Part shown: positions 18,031-26,745 of the stretch, one piece after another
Position numbering within the stretch: the first letter of the stretch is position 1
Layout of the letters: every line of letters starts with the position of its first letter
Virus record (IMG/VR): IMGVR_UViG_3300047472_000309
Span: 186,001 to 250,000 of that record
Length of the DNA: 64,000 bases
Reading direction: 5' to 3' (one strand)
Notes under the pieces: model-generated
What the model was told of the DNA's origin: nothing
Databases searched by the model: none
Seen by the model: only the letters and a program-made list of their open reading frames with translations
Translations under genes and position numbers: made by a program

Positions 18031-18512
18031 GCCATCGCCGCCAGCTTGTTGAGCACCATCTCGGTGACTGCTTCAGCCAGTCGCGCCGGATGCTGCATGT
18101 GAATCACGTCCGGACCACCGATCACGCCACGATTTTCTTCGTGGAGCTCGTTGAGCACCATGTTGTTCAGCTTGCCGATCTCTTCATCGCTGATGAGATC
18201 TTTGGCGACGACTGCACGCAGGCTCTTGAGCAATTCCGGCGTAAGCTCGGTGGCCGGGCTGTAGTGCTTTTCGACGAGACTGGCCGGAAGGGCCGAGATT
18301 TGACCATCCTCGGCGCGCGTCCAATATTCACCCGGCTCGAAGCTGCCACATACGAACGAATCCTTCAAGGCGTCGAACGGTTTGAAGCGCTCGTCTTCCG
18401 GCACGATGGTGATGACCTTCGCTCCGGCTTTGATCGAGTGATGCACTTCCTTGATCTTCAGTGCTTCGATGACGTTGGTCGAACGGTACTTGGGAATGAG
18501 GTGAAATTCCAT
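18027..18512 (-). CDS. Hypothetical phage protein
   Basis: Start set at MEFHLIPKYRST, directly after the upstream TAA. Confidence 0.65.
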   Translation of the reverse strand: MEFHLIPKYRSTNVIEALKIKEVHHSIKAGAKVITIVPEDERFKPFDALKDSFVCGSFEPGEYWTRAEDGQISALPASLVEKHYSPATELTPELLKSLRAVVAKDLISDEEIGKLNNMVLNELHEENRGVIGGPDVIHMQHPARLAEAVTEMVLNKLAAMA

Positions 18513-18513
18513 G

Positions 18514-18924
18514 TTACTCGCCTGCTCCTTCATGCTCGTATTCGCCCGACTCAGCTTCCGCATCCAGCGGACGATCGAGCAATTCGCGCCAGTTACGACC
18601 AGCGCACGGATTGACTTCGTCGACGATCTTCACGTCACTCAGAAGTGTTTCGCCGAAGCTGCCAAAGCCCTTCAGCACCTTCCCCGTCACCAAGAAGCAG
18701 GGCTTGCCGTGCGACGCATGCAGCTCCACCATCGCCGCTTGCCATTCCTCGCGCTTCAGCCGCGGCAACAAGATGCGATACATCGGCCGACTCGTTTCCG
18801 TGCCGCCTTCCTGAATCGCTTCCCAGACCCCCACCCCCGCTTCGTGTTTCTTCTTTTCCCGGTTATAGCTCTTACCCCCGATGGGCAACGTGCCAAACCG
18901 CAAGTACACCAACTCCATGGCCAT
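18514..18924 (-). CDS. Hypothetical protein
   Basis: 136 aa; AAGGA RBS. Confidence 0.65.
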   Translation of the reverse strand: MAMELVYLRFGTLPIGGKSYNREKKKHEAGVGVWEAIQEGGTETSRPMYRILLPRLKREEWQAAMVELHASHGKPCFLVTGKVLKGFGSFGETLLSDVKIVDEVNPCAGRNWRELLDRPLDAEAESGEYEHEGAGE

Positions 18925-18986
18925 AGTCCTTGTTTTTAATTGTTGATTTCACTCTGCAAGAGATGAGCCGCGCGAGTGAACTTTGC

Positions 18987-19706
18987 CTAGTCGTCCGCGT
19001 AGAGCCGCGGCGTCGGTCCCGACTTGGGATGCAGCTTGTGCTTTTGCTTTTCGCGGATTTCATCCTGCTTACCCCACACGCGGGCGAGCTCGGTGTCAGC
19101 CGTATGATCCAGGTCGAGTCCTTCAGCGTTACAGACCATCGCCAAGGTGGTGGCGACCCCGCCCACTTCTTGATAGACCTTGCCCGGCGCTTTGTCGTAA
19201 ACGCTATCAACCATGCGGTGCGCCTCTTGACGACTCATCCCGCCTGCCTGCACCAGCTCCGTCGCCTCCTCGTAGAAGCGGAAGTAACGCTGCAGTTTGT
19301 CCTTGATGCCCGCCGGACCGAAACAGGACTTGAACCATTCCCACACGCGTTGCTGAAACGACGGCAGCGGGATACGCTGCATTTGCAACACTTGCAGTTG
19401 ATACTCAGCGAACTCACGCTGCAGGCTCAGATACGAGGTGTAGGGGACGAACTCCCGACCCGTTTGCGGGATCAGCTCATCGAGCTCTTGCAGTCGCTCA
19501 AAGCTGATCTTCTCCGCCACCGCAATGGCGTCATCCGGGTCCATCGACATCTCGTAACGGCGCGAGGCCGCATCGAGCACTGTCGTCACGGCAATACCGG
19601 GACGAAAGGTCGTGTAGCCGACCCGCATGGAGCTAGTAATCTTACCGTCTTTCGCATGCCGTCCAAACACCGGATCGACTTCGTAGACCTTGAGTTGGGA
19701 GTTCAT
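18987..19706 (-). CDS. MazG-like all-alpha NTP pyrophosphohydrolase (C-terminal domain)
   Basis: FQQRV.EW...CFG...RFYEEATELVQA...QEVGGVATTL...ELARVW with ExxE pairs. Confidence 0.65.
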   Translation of the reverse strand: MNSQLKVYEVDPVFGRHAKDGKITSSMRVGYTTFRPGIAVTTVLDAASRRYEMSMDPDDAIAVAEKISFERLQELDELIPQTGREFVPYTSYLSLQREFAEYQLQVLQMQRIPLPSFQQRVWEWFKSCFGPAGIKDKLQRYFRFYEEATELVQAGGMSRQEAHRMVDSVYDKAPGKVYQEVGGVATTLAMVCNAEGLDLDHTADTELARVWGKQDEIREKQKHKLHPKSGPTPRLYADD

Positions 19707-20056
19707 AACTGACCAAACACCACAAAGAGGTAAAGGACCTTGCAGGCGATGTGTAGCGCCTGGTCGGCGTTATAGGTGATGTACTTCTTGCACTTGCCGT
19801 AATCGATCCACGTGTGTGCGACCAGCTCAATCACCGCGCACAGCAACGAGCCGGTAAAGAGGAACACGAATCCAGACTGAATGTACGCATGGGCGAACAG
19901 CGCATGTTTCCACACGCCGTTCTGACCCAACGCACTATCGGGATTCTTCGCTTCACTGAGGTACGGTCCCTGTAGCGGATAATCAGCCACAAAGTGGCCG
20001 AAGATCAACAGGTACAGGAGAGTGGCCACGGAGTGATGGAAGAAGGGCAGCATCAC
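19703..20056 (-). CDS. DUF3307 family membrane protein
   Basis: GHFVADYPLQ...AH...H..ID..K...DQALH. Confidence 0.8.
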   Translation of the reverse strand: MMLPFFHHSVATLLYLLIFGHFVADYPLQGPYLSEAKNPDSALGQNGVWKHALFAHAYIQSGFVFLFTGSLLCAVIELVAHTWIDYGKCKKYITYNADQALHIACKVLYLFVVFGQL

Positions 20057-21243
20057 TTCTCCTTCTTCGCTTGACGCTGCAGCTTCAGATACACCGGGGT
20101 GTAGTCCGGGGTTTCCGAGGCGAGCTGCGCCTGCACTTCGGCTACGCTGTCAGCCTGTTCGGGCGCTTCGGGCAAGGCCGGGGGTTCTTCCGGCAGGTTG
20201 ATGTACTGCTGAATCAGGCCGTCGAGCACCAGGTGCGCTTGCTTGAAGATTTCCTGGCGGGTGAATTCGCGCAGGTCACTCCACTGGACGCGCATGTTGT
20301 ACGGTCCAGCGCCATTGACCGAGAGCAAGATATTGCGGCTGGCCCATTGACCCTTCGTGTTCATGAAGGTGAGGATGTAGTCTTCGACCTGGATGCGGAC
20401 AAAAGAAGACATGCCGTCGTCGTTGCGGACATAATGCTGCGTGACATCGGGGAGCTTCTCTTCTGCCTCGAAGACCTGATTCATCTTCGTGTGCAGCTCA
20501 GCGAGGTTCGCCTCGACATCCACGGGCTTCTCGGCCGTGTAGCCACTCTTGTTGGCGAGCTTCTCCCACTCGACAGCAAACGCTTCGAGCACACCAGGGA
20601 AGATAACCTCACCAGCATCAGCCAGCCAGACTTCTTCATGCGGGTGCCAGTACAGCAACACAGCGCGATGGTCTCGCCGCACGATGTAGCGGGCCTTCAG
20701 GCCGTTCTCGAGGTCGGCAGCCAGTACCAGCCATTGTGGGCTCTCCGCCCCGGCTACGTACGACTCAGGGTTTGTACGGTGGATACCTGAGGGCAGGCCC
20801 ACTTCGATACCTGGGCTGTACGGCAGCGGTAACTGAATATCGTGATAAGTGCCGAAGGCATTCATCGCCACTTCTTCGAGCCATGACCGAAATGCCTTGG
20901 CGCGATCCGTGTCGTCGGTCATCGGCTGGAAGTCAAACTTCTTCAGCTTGTCTTCGAGCTTGAAAATGCCCATCGAGAAGTGACGACTGATGGCGGCGTA
21001 GTCGCGCAGCTTGTTGGCAATCGGGCCACGGCCCGAGAAGTACTTTGCCACGCTCCACTTGTGCTGGGCCATGGCGACGATATGGCTATTCAGCGACTTG
21101 GCCAAACTCTCCAACTGCGGGTCGGGTTTCTTCATGCTGCTTTGCAGAAGCCCGATAAGCTCCAGCGTCACCATCGCCGAAGCGCTATGGCCATCTTCTT
21201 CGATGGTGTTTTTGAGTTGTCCCACCATTTCGCTGTAAGTCAT
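20053..21243 (-). CDS. Hypothetical protein
   Basis: 396-aa ORF; ATGA overlap with the downstream gene. Confidence 0.75.
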   Translation of the reverse strand: MTYSEMVGQLKNTIEEDGHSASAMVTLELIGLLQSSMKKPDPQLESLAKSLNSHIVAMAQHKWSVAKYFSGRGPIANKLRDYAAISRHFSMGIFKLEDKLKKFDFQPMTDDTDRAKAFRSWLEEVAMNAFGTYHDIQLPLPYSPGIEVGLPSGIHRTNPESYVAGAESPQWLVLAADLENGLKARYIVRRDHRAVLLYWHPHEEVWLADAGEVIFPGVLEAFAVEWEKLANKSGYTAEKPVDVEANLAELHTKMNQVFEAEEKLPDVTQHYVRNDDGMSSFVRIQVEDYILTFMNTKGQWASRNILLSVNGAGPYNMRVQWSDLREFTRQEIFKQAHLVLDGLIQQYINLPEEPPALPEAPEQADSVAEVQAQLASETPDYTPVYLKLQRQAKKEK

Positions 21244-21252
21244 GGTAATGCC

Positions 21253-21294
21253 AAAAAAAGTCGTGGTCTTGTCCCAGGGACCGTAGCCCCTGGG
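21253..21294 (-). terminator. Probable terminator hairpin (UACG loop)
   Basis: CCCAGGG/CCCTGGG stem similar to 1526-1545. Confidence 0.5.
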
Positions 21295-21300
21295 TACGTG

Positions 21301-21630
21301 TTATTGCTCGCGCTTCAGCTTCATTTCCGTCTTGAAGGCGACGTGCTGCAACTGATCGATCGGAAACGCTTTGGTCACAACCTTCTTGACCACGTCCGGA
21401 TCAGTGAAGAGGTACGCACCCTTATCGAGCAGGATACGCTTGCGACGTAACTCCACGCGGGGTTTCGCATCCGCGGTCGAGAGCGGCTGGTTCGGCACGA
21501 GATCGATCGTGACTTTCAGACCCAGCGCGTCAGCGAGCTCCAACAATTCGCGGGCTTTGGTGCGCACCGCCATCTCAGCGAAAGCATCGGCTTCCTCTTG
21601 AGAAAGCACTTTACTCAAAAGCTTCGTCAC
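21301..21630 (-). CDS. Hypothetical phage protein
   Basis: 109 aa. Confidence 0.65.
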   Translation of the reverse strand: MTKLLSKVLSQEEADAFAEMAVRTKARELLELADALGLKVTIDLVPNQPLSTADAKPRVELRRKRILLDKGAYLFTDPDVVKKVVTKAFPIDQLQHVAFKTEMKLKREQ

Positions 21631-21645
21631 TTCATTTTCCCCGTC

Positions 21646-21831
21646 TTAATGCCGCGCTTCTTTGTCCGCGTGTTCTTGCGCGTTCACGGCGATCAGCAGC
21701 TGTTGCGCAGCGTTAAACGACGCCCAGACCTTCTGAAGCCCCTCGTTGATGTAGTTCTTCCAGTCCCCACGCTCCATCGTTCTGTCCCACTGTGGGCTGG
21801 TGTAGTCCTTCGGTACCGCTACTGCCGTCAT
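21646..21831 (-). CDS. Hypothetical protein
   Basis: 61 aa; GGAG RBS; overlapped by the 3' extension of 21713..22426. Confidence 0.6.
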   Translation of the reverse strand: MTAVAVPKDYTSPQWDRTMERGDWKNYINEGLQKVWASFNAAQQLLIAVNAQEHADKEARH

Positions 21832-22426
21832 GCTTGTTCTCCCACGGGGGTGTCACCCAAACGTCTTCGCTGTAAAGTTCGGGCGGAGTAAATTGTTTAT
21901 CGAGCAGCTGATTCGCTGCCGCGGCGATCAGCGCTGCTTCTTTCCGGTCGACGTAACGTCCCCAATTCGTGAGAAAGCCCTGGTCTCGGTGATACACGTG
22001 CGGGACCTTCATCATGTCCATGGCCCAGAGGACATGATGATGGCGTCCAGGCGCTTCGACTGCCCAGATCTGACCCGTACCGTAGTGCAGCACCGCGGAG
22101 CCCACAATGCGCTCTTCGTCGTACGGGTCCGCGCGATGTTCCTTGAACTCGTCCGGACTACCAATCAAACATTCCAGACCAGGAGACGCCCCGTCGTGAT
22201 CTGGAACCTTGACAGCACGGGGCGGTTCGGGTAGAACGAACCACCGCTTGAGCTTCTCATCGGAGAGAAGACTGAGCAGCGCCATGCCAGCCAAGAAAGT
22301 GAGGAGGTGGCTCGGGTGCGACACCCGCGCACTGACCAACATCCACACGGTTACAATTACTACTGCTACACGAAACCACACAAAGAAGCCAAACATCTTG
22401 TTATCCCCGAGAAGATGCTTATTCAA
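21713..22426 (-). CDS. Membrane-anchored hypothetical protein with a GRHH...QGFLT..GRYVDRKEA...LYSED domain
   Basis: Two N-terminal TM segments plus a recurrent phage domain. Confidence 0.65.
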   Translation of the reverse strand: MNKHLLGDNKMFGFFVWFRVAVVIVTVWMLVSARVSHPSHLLTFLAGMALLSLLSDEKLKRWFVLPEPPRAVKVPDHDGASPGLECLIGSPDEFKEHRADPYDEERIVGSAVLHYGTGQIWAVEAPGRHHHVLWAMDMMKVPHVYHRDQGFLTNWGRYVDRKEAALIAAAANQLLDKQFTPPELYSEDVWVTPPWENKHDGSSGTEGLHQPTVGQNDGAWGLEELHQRGASEGLGVV

Positions 22427-23066
22427 TTACTACCAGGAGTTGTCCGCTTCGGTATAGACGGCGAACGGTCGTCGGTGGGTTGGGATCAGGTTTCTTTTCT
22501 TGGGCAGGCTTCTTCGCCTTACGGCGTTTTCCGTGCGTCGCTTTAATCCCCTTTCTTATTTGGTCGACGTCAATGGGTGGTGCAATCTCATTCAGGTTGG
22601 CGTAATCTACGCCCGACAGTACTCGTGAGACGCCTGAAACGGACCCCCCGAATAGTTCAGCCATCTGCACCAGTGTGGCCTCCGGATGCGCTCGTTTGTA
22701 CTGGCGCATCTCGATCACCTTAGCAGGACTGAACGCATTATGCTCGCGCCGCTGGATAGCGAATTGGTGACTGCGCACCAAGCAGTTGCCTGGTCCGAAG
22801 TTCTTCGTCTGATCATCTAGCACGACTGCGTACTTCTCAGGATTACCCTGTTCTTGCAATTTCTCGGTTAGCCAGCTGAGGAAGTTCTGCAGCCCTAGGT
22901 TGTTATCCCGATGCCACGCCCACTCAACACTAATTCCCCTCGCACCGTAGCGCTGATAACTTGGATTTTCTTCACGGTAGCACTTGGCGTGAATCCCCAT
23001 CCAGCGCCAGTACAGTCGGTCTCGTGACATGCCGTGTGTATTACGTGCCCCGTGATTAGCGGCCAT
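22419..23066 (-). CDS. Degenerate HNH-like homing-endonuclease-family protein with a C-terminal HTH
   Basis: LY.RW..I..KC...NPSY.RYGARGISV...W...NF...FGPGNC; HTH ATLVQMAELFGGSVSGVSRVLSG. Confidence 0.7.
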   Translation of the reverse strand: MAANHGARNTHGMSRDRLYWRWMGIHAKCYREENPSYQRYGARGISVEWAWHRDNNLGLQNFLSWLTEKLQEQGNPEKYAVVLDDQTKNFGPGNCLVRSHQFAIQRREHNAFSPAKVIEMRQYKRAHPEATLVQMAELFGGSVSGVSRVLSGVDYANLNEIAPPIDVDQIRKGIKATHGKRRKAKKPAQEKKPDPNPPTTVRRLYRSGQLLVVIE

Positions 23067-23162
23067 GATTTCTTGTCGGTTATAAGGGTCGTACTCTTCT
23101 ACAAAATGCCGTGTCTGGATAGAATTTACTAGACATGACTCATCTATTCCCTAACGAAACAA

Positions 23163-23231
23163 CGGCATAAATAGATTTTCTAGCGAAAGCAGGAGGCAGC
23201 CTGACTAGGCAACCCCTGCTCACGCTAAAAA
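23163..23231 (-). terminator. Long imperfect hairpin followed by TTTATGCCG
   Basis: TAGCG/CGCTA, AGCAGG/CCTGCT and GCCT/AGGC stems at 23181-23227. Confidence 0.6.
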
Positions 23232-23302
23232 GCCCAGTCGTCCGTCGAACTTCTACAAACGCCGTGCATGTTCCTCACAGAATGTGGTATCTGAGTGGAA
23301 GG

Positions 23303-23626
23303 TTAATTGACCGCAATATCCGTGAGTTCGTTACGCTCGCGCCAGCCTTGGATAAAGCTCTGGCGTTGCTTTTCGAGTGCCTGCTTGAGGGTGTCGCACT
23401 CCATGTACTTCACGAAGAAGTCACGCCCCTTGTAGGTCAGTGCCGTGAAACCGTCTTCGCCCTTGACGACCACCCGGATCGCCATGCCGTGCTCGATCAG
23501 GTCGTTGCGGCCAGACTTCGAGGGGACGTCGCCGTCCCAGCACGGACCATCTTTAGCCAGTGCGAGAAGAGTGTCGAAGCAGAATCCGTCACGATTCTCG
23601 CTGCTCTTCGGTTGTTCAAATGCCAT
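23303..23626 (-). CDS. Hypothetical protein (start at MAFEQPK)
   Basis: AAGGGG RBS. Confidence 0.65.
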   Translation of the reverse strand: MAFEQPKSSENRDGFCFDTLLALAKDGPCWDGDVPSKSGRNDLIEHGMAIRVVVKGEDGFTALTYKGRDFFVKYMECDTLKQALEKQRQSFIQGWRERNELTDIAVN

Positions 23627-23628
23627 GC

Positions 23629-23877
23629 CTACCCCTTTGAATTGAGTTCGGTAATCACTGCGTAGAGAAACGTCACGACGAGCAAGGAAGCGCCGAACAC
23701 CCACCAGGTTCGGCGCCGCAGTTGCTGCGCATACATCGCGTAACGACGATAGCTGATCCTACCCTGAGCACGCCGGGAGCGTAAAACCAACCAGCGCCAG
23801 AGGCAATACAATACAAGGAAAAACACACACGTAAACCAGAGACTGCCGATCTGCACCATCACGTCATGCCGATACAT
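23629..23877 (-). CDS. Small two-TM membrane protein
   Basis: AGGAGG RBS; hydrophobic helices flank a basic loop. Confidence 0.7.
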   Translation of the reverse strand: MYRHDVMVQIGSLWFTCVFFLVLYCLWRWLVLRSRRAQGRISYRRYAMYAQQLRRRTWWVFGASLLVVTFLYAVITELNSKG

Positions 23878-23947
23878 TGCCCCTCCTGGTTTGAAGAAAG
23901 TTTCACCTCATAGCTACCGCAGCAACGAGCCGAGACCCGTCATGCTA

Positions 23948-24040
23948 AAACGAAAGAAGTGACCCGCACCGTCGACCACTTCCCACCCTACTACACCGAT
24001 CGCAGTGAGGCCCGCGAGGACCATCACTGCGCTTATGCCG
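23948..24040 (-). terminator. Two hairpins after the tail-tube-like pair
   Basis: GCAGTGA/TCACTGC stem and GAAGTG/CACTTC stem plus TTTCGTTTT; TATGCCG on the plus strand at 24034. Confidence 0.6.
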
Positions 24041-24047
24041 CCGAGCT

Positions 24048-24956
24048 TTAGCATTCGGCCACAGTGTACGGATTGGCGCTATGCACGCTGATGCCGTTGA
24101 GCAGCGTCTGGGCTTCTGCCAGCACTATGGGATTACGCACGTACGTGCCGTCCAGCATCGCAGAGACGTATTGTTTACCGAACGGGTAGCCTTCGGTGTC
24201 GCGCACCGATTCCAGACCCGTATAGTGCACCGGGCGCAGGTTCGTGCCCTTCCAGGCAGCGAGCACCCTGGTGTGGGTCGCATCCGTTTCGAAGAACACT
24301 ACGTCGATCGTCACGTCCTGCAGCGAGATCTTCGCCTTGTACGAACGGTTATCGCGCGCCTGTTCTTCGTCGAGCAGATAGTCGTTGTAGCGATCGCCCC
24401 AGTGATGCATGGTGGTGTCGATCACCCGATTCTGACGCTCCTGCCAGGTGAACTGGGCTTGCGAAGCAGTGGGCATCACGCGCGTTTGCGTCTTCGAGAG
24501 TTCGCCGACCTTGAAGCCCGTACGCAGGCCCTTGATCTTGATCGGATGCAATTCGACGAGAGCCTTGAGCGACTCATTGAAGCCCGGCTCGAAGAGCGTT
24601 TCACGCGCGCCGCGCACCAGGACAGCAATAATGTTGCGACCTTGGTAGGCGTTGTCGGCGATATGGCCGACGTCAGTGCGACGGGGTTGGGTTTCCGGTT
24701 GCTTCTCGGTATCTGCATTGCCCGCAGTGACCGGACCTTCATTGCCGATAGCCGGTACGCCGCCCATGATGCCGTCTTCCGGTGGCGACGGATTGTCGAT
24801 GCTCTCTGCGAGTTTAGCAGCGCCTCCCAGACGCGCTTCGACGTCCCGACCATTACCTGCCCCAGCGAGCAGCGACGAGACCTCCAGATGGTCTTGATTG
24901 CCGTCCTGATACTGCTTGTGGCCGTTGCTGTGTTTCTTACGTGATCCTGCCGACAT
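24048..24956 (-). CDS. Divergent paralogue of the phiKZ-type tail tube protein, with a ~100-aa disordered N-terminal extension
   Basis: TAAGGAG RBS; SLKALVELHPIKIKGL, VFFETDATHTRVLAAWKGTNLRP, AQTLLNGISVHSANPY. Family match is recalled, not searched. Confidence 0.6.
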   Translation of the reverse strand: MSAGSRKKHSNGHKQYQDGNQDHLEVSSLLAGAGNGRDVEARLGGAAKLAESIDNPSPPEDGIMGGVPAIGNEGPVTAGNADTEKQPETQPRRTDVGHIADNAYQGRNIIAVLVRGARETLFEPGFNESLKALVELHPIKIKGLRTGFKVGELSKTQTRVMPTASQAQFTWQERQNRVIDTTMHHWGDRYNDYLLDEEQARDNRSYKAKISLQDVTIDVVFFETDATHTRVLAAWKGTNLRPVHYTGLESVRDTEGYPFGKQYVSAMLDGTYVRNPIVLAEAQTLLNGISVHSANPYTVAEC

Positions 24957-24960
24957 CTTC

Positions 24961-25668
24961 CTACTCCTTACTGTTAACGTCTGCCGCAATAGCGGTGACG
25001 AATTCTTGTCGTTTGAATGGATTAGCGCTTTCAATAACCATACCGTTCAAGATCTCCTGCGCCTGCTCGATCACGCCGTCACCTTCTTGGTACGACTCGT
25101 AACCGAGCGTGAATTCGCACACGGAGCCCTTGACACGTCGATGAACGCGAAAGCCGTGGAAATTAAACACCGGCGAAGCACGCATCAGATCGCGCTTTGA
25201 TTGCAGGCCTGCGTATTCTTCCGGAAACATTTGGAACATGTGCCACGCCTGCACCACCTTAGTACAGGTGGGGTCCGGCTCGATAAACATCACGTCGATC
25301 GTGCACTGTTCCTTGGTTGGGCGTTCTTTGCCCTGGATCGGATGCGCGGTGTGCTGATAGCAGTTGTAATCACGCCGCCAATGCGTGAGCAGGCGATCGA
25401 CCGGACGGCCGTACTTCTCGCAGACCTTAAAGCGCGGGTCCGGTGCGAAGAAACCATCTTCAGTGAAGCCGGTCCAGAAACCATCAATCGAGTACGGATG
25501 GAGCTCCAGCATGGCTTTGATCGTGCCTGCGTACAGCTCGCCGTTTTCCTGGTCGGTCGACACGTTCCGCGTCACTGCCACGATCAGATTACGCGGTACG
25601 TACACCTGATTGCTAATCCACTCGGAAATGTCCGGCTGATATTCAGTTTCTTTGTATTGTGCGTCCAT
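24961..25668 (-). CDS. Divergent, shortened paralogue of the phiKZ-type tail tube protein
   Basis: PDISEWISNQVYVPRNLI, TIKAMLELHPYSIDG, EKYGRPV, MFIEPDPTCTKVVQAW..FQMFP, KRDL, AQEILNG..IESANPF. Confidence 0.65.
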   Translation of the reverse strand: MDAQYKETEYQPDISEWISNQVYVPRNLIVAVTRNVSTDQENGELYAGTIKAMLELHPYSIDGFWTGFTEDGFFAPDPRFKVCEKYGRPVDRLLTHWRRDYNCYQHTAHPIQGKERPTKEQCTIDVMFIEPDPTCTKVVQAWHMFQMFPEEYAGLQSKRDLMRASPVFNFHGFRVHRRVKGSVCEFTLGYESYQEGDGVIEQAQEILNGMVIESANPFKRQEFVTAIAADVNSKE

Positions 25669-25670
25669 GT

Positions 25671-25754
25671 TTATTCTTCGATGTCCTTCTGAAACAGCGG
25701 CACGTTGTTGATGAACTTCGCGAATTCTTTCCGTGTCAATGTGCTCCCGACCAT
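25671..25754 (-). CDS. 27-aa microprotein
   Basis: AAGGA RBS; MVGSTLTRKEFAKFINNVPLFQKDIEE fills the gap between its neighbours. Confidence 0.5.
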   Translation of the reverse strand: MVGSTLTRKEFAKFINNVPLFQKDIEE

Positions 25755-25756
25755 AC

Positions 25757-26023
25757 CTAATCCTTATCGACGATCGTCTTCATGAAGCTCGGTGAGAGCG
25801 TCATTACCGAAGCGCTCCACGTATGCTTATCGCCTGCGTTTTCTGCAGGCGTACCGGTCCGATGCATGAAGAGCCGTCCAAATCCCTGCTCGGTTCGAAT
25901 GAGCGTGAAATTGATATCGACATTTTCCTGCATGACGGGCTTTAAGAACTGTAAGAAGCTGATGATCTCCGGTGCCTCTTCACGCAGTAGCGCGAGTTCT
26001 TCTTCTAAGCTCTTTTCAGCCAT
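25757..26023 (-). CDS. Hypothetical protein
   Basis: 88 aa; tight packing. Confidence 0.65.
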   Translation of the reverse strand: MAEKSLEEELALLREEAPEIISFLQFLKPVMQENVDINFTLIRTEQGFGRLFMHRTGTPAENAGDKHTWSASVMTLSPSFMKTIVDKD

Positions 26024-26024
26024 G

Positions 26025-26438
26025 TTAATCCTGGTGATAAAAGTTGCAGCCTTTGGTGCCCCGTGAGCACACCCGGCTACTGAATTGATCGACTTCGCAC
26101 TGAGCTCGTGTCCGTAGTGCGCGATCCGTGGCTTGCGCTGCAGTCAGTTGCTCAGGTGTCAACATGAGTTCTGTGTGCACGGGCGGAGTGGCTTCGCGCT
26201 TGGCCCGATCTTCTGCGCTCTGGCAAGCAATCTTTTCCTTGGCATATCGGAATGCATCGGACGGACAGCCGACGTTCTTGATATAGACGCGCTCGGTCGG
26301 AGCAGGGGAGATCGTTTCCAGATCCCACAGGCCTGAACCTTCACAGTACATCAAGTTGTAGCTGATGCCGTCGTGATCGCAATACTCTTGCCACTCTTGC
26401 AGAGCAGGCGCTAGTTCTAGCCAGTTCACGCGAGACAT
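26025..26438 (-). CDS. Hypothetical protein with a Cys/His C-terminus
   Basis: C...SRVCSRGTKGC..YH terminal motif. Confidence 0.65.
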   Translation of the reverse strand: MSRVNWLELAPALQEWQEYCDHDGISYNLMYCEGSGLWDLETISPAPTERVYIKNVGCPSDAFRYAKEKIACQSAEDRAKREATPPVHTELMLTPEQLTAAQATDRALRTRAQCEVDQFSSRVCSRGTKGCNFYHQD

Positions 26439-26743
26439 GTTGCTCTCCTTTGTCGATATGCATCCATCCGAATCGACTCGGTCAACTCCAAGCCGATATG
26501 GGTACAGATGAAATCGGCGATGTGCCAGTCTGTACTTTCATGCTCCCAGGGCTCATCGTCAAGCACGGCGACGCGTAGCACGAGGTCACTGCCTTCCACC
26601 GTGTACGTAATGACATCGCCTTCAGGTGACATGACGACGACATGCACTGGCTCATTACCGTACGTGTAAACCGACCAGCCTTCTGGGAGCTCATAGACGG
26701 GCTTGGGCTTCTCATGGAATCGATGATAAACCAGTGCCTGCAT
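26426..26743 (-). CDS. Hypothetical protein
   Basis: 105 aa. Confidence 0.65.
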   Translation of the reverse strand: MQALVYHRFHEKPKPVYELPEGWSVYTYGNEPVHVVVMSPEGDVITYTVEGSDLVLRVAVLDDEPWEHESTDWHIADFICTHIGLELTESIRMDAYRQRRATCLA

Positions 26744-26745
26744 GA

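Noticed and set aside
21713-21831. 118-nt overlap between two minus-strand ORFs as deliberate dual coding
   Set aside because: The conserved domain ends at LYSEDVW; the tail looks like simple stop-codon loss.
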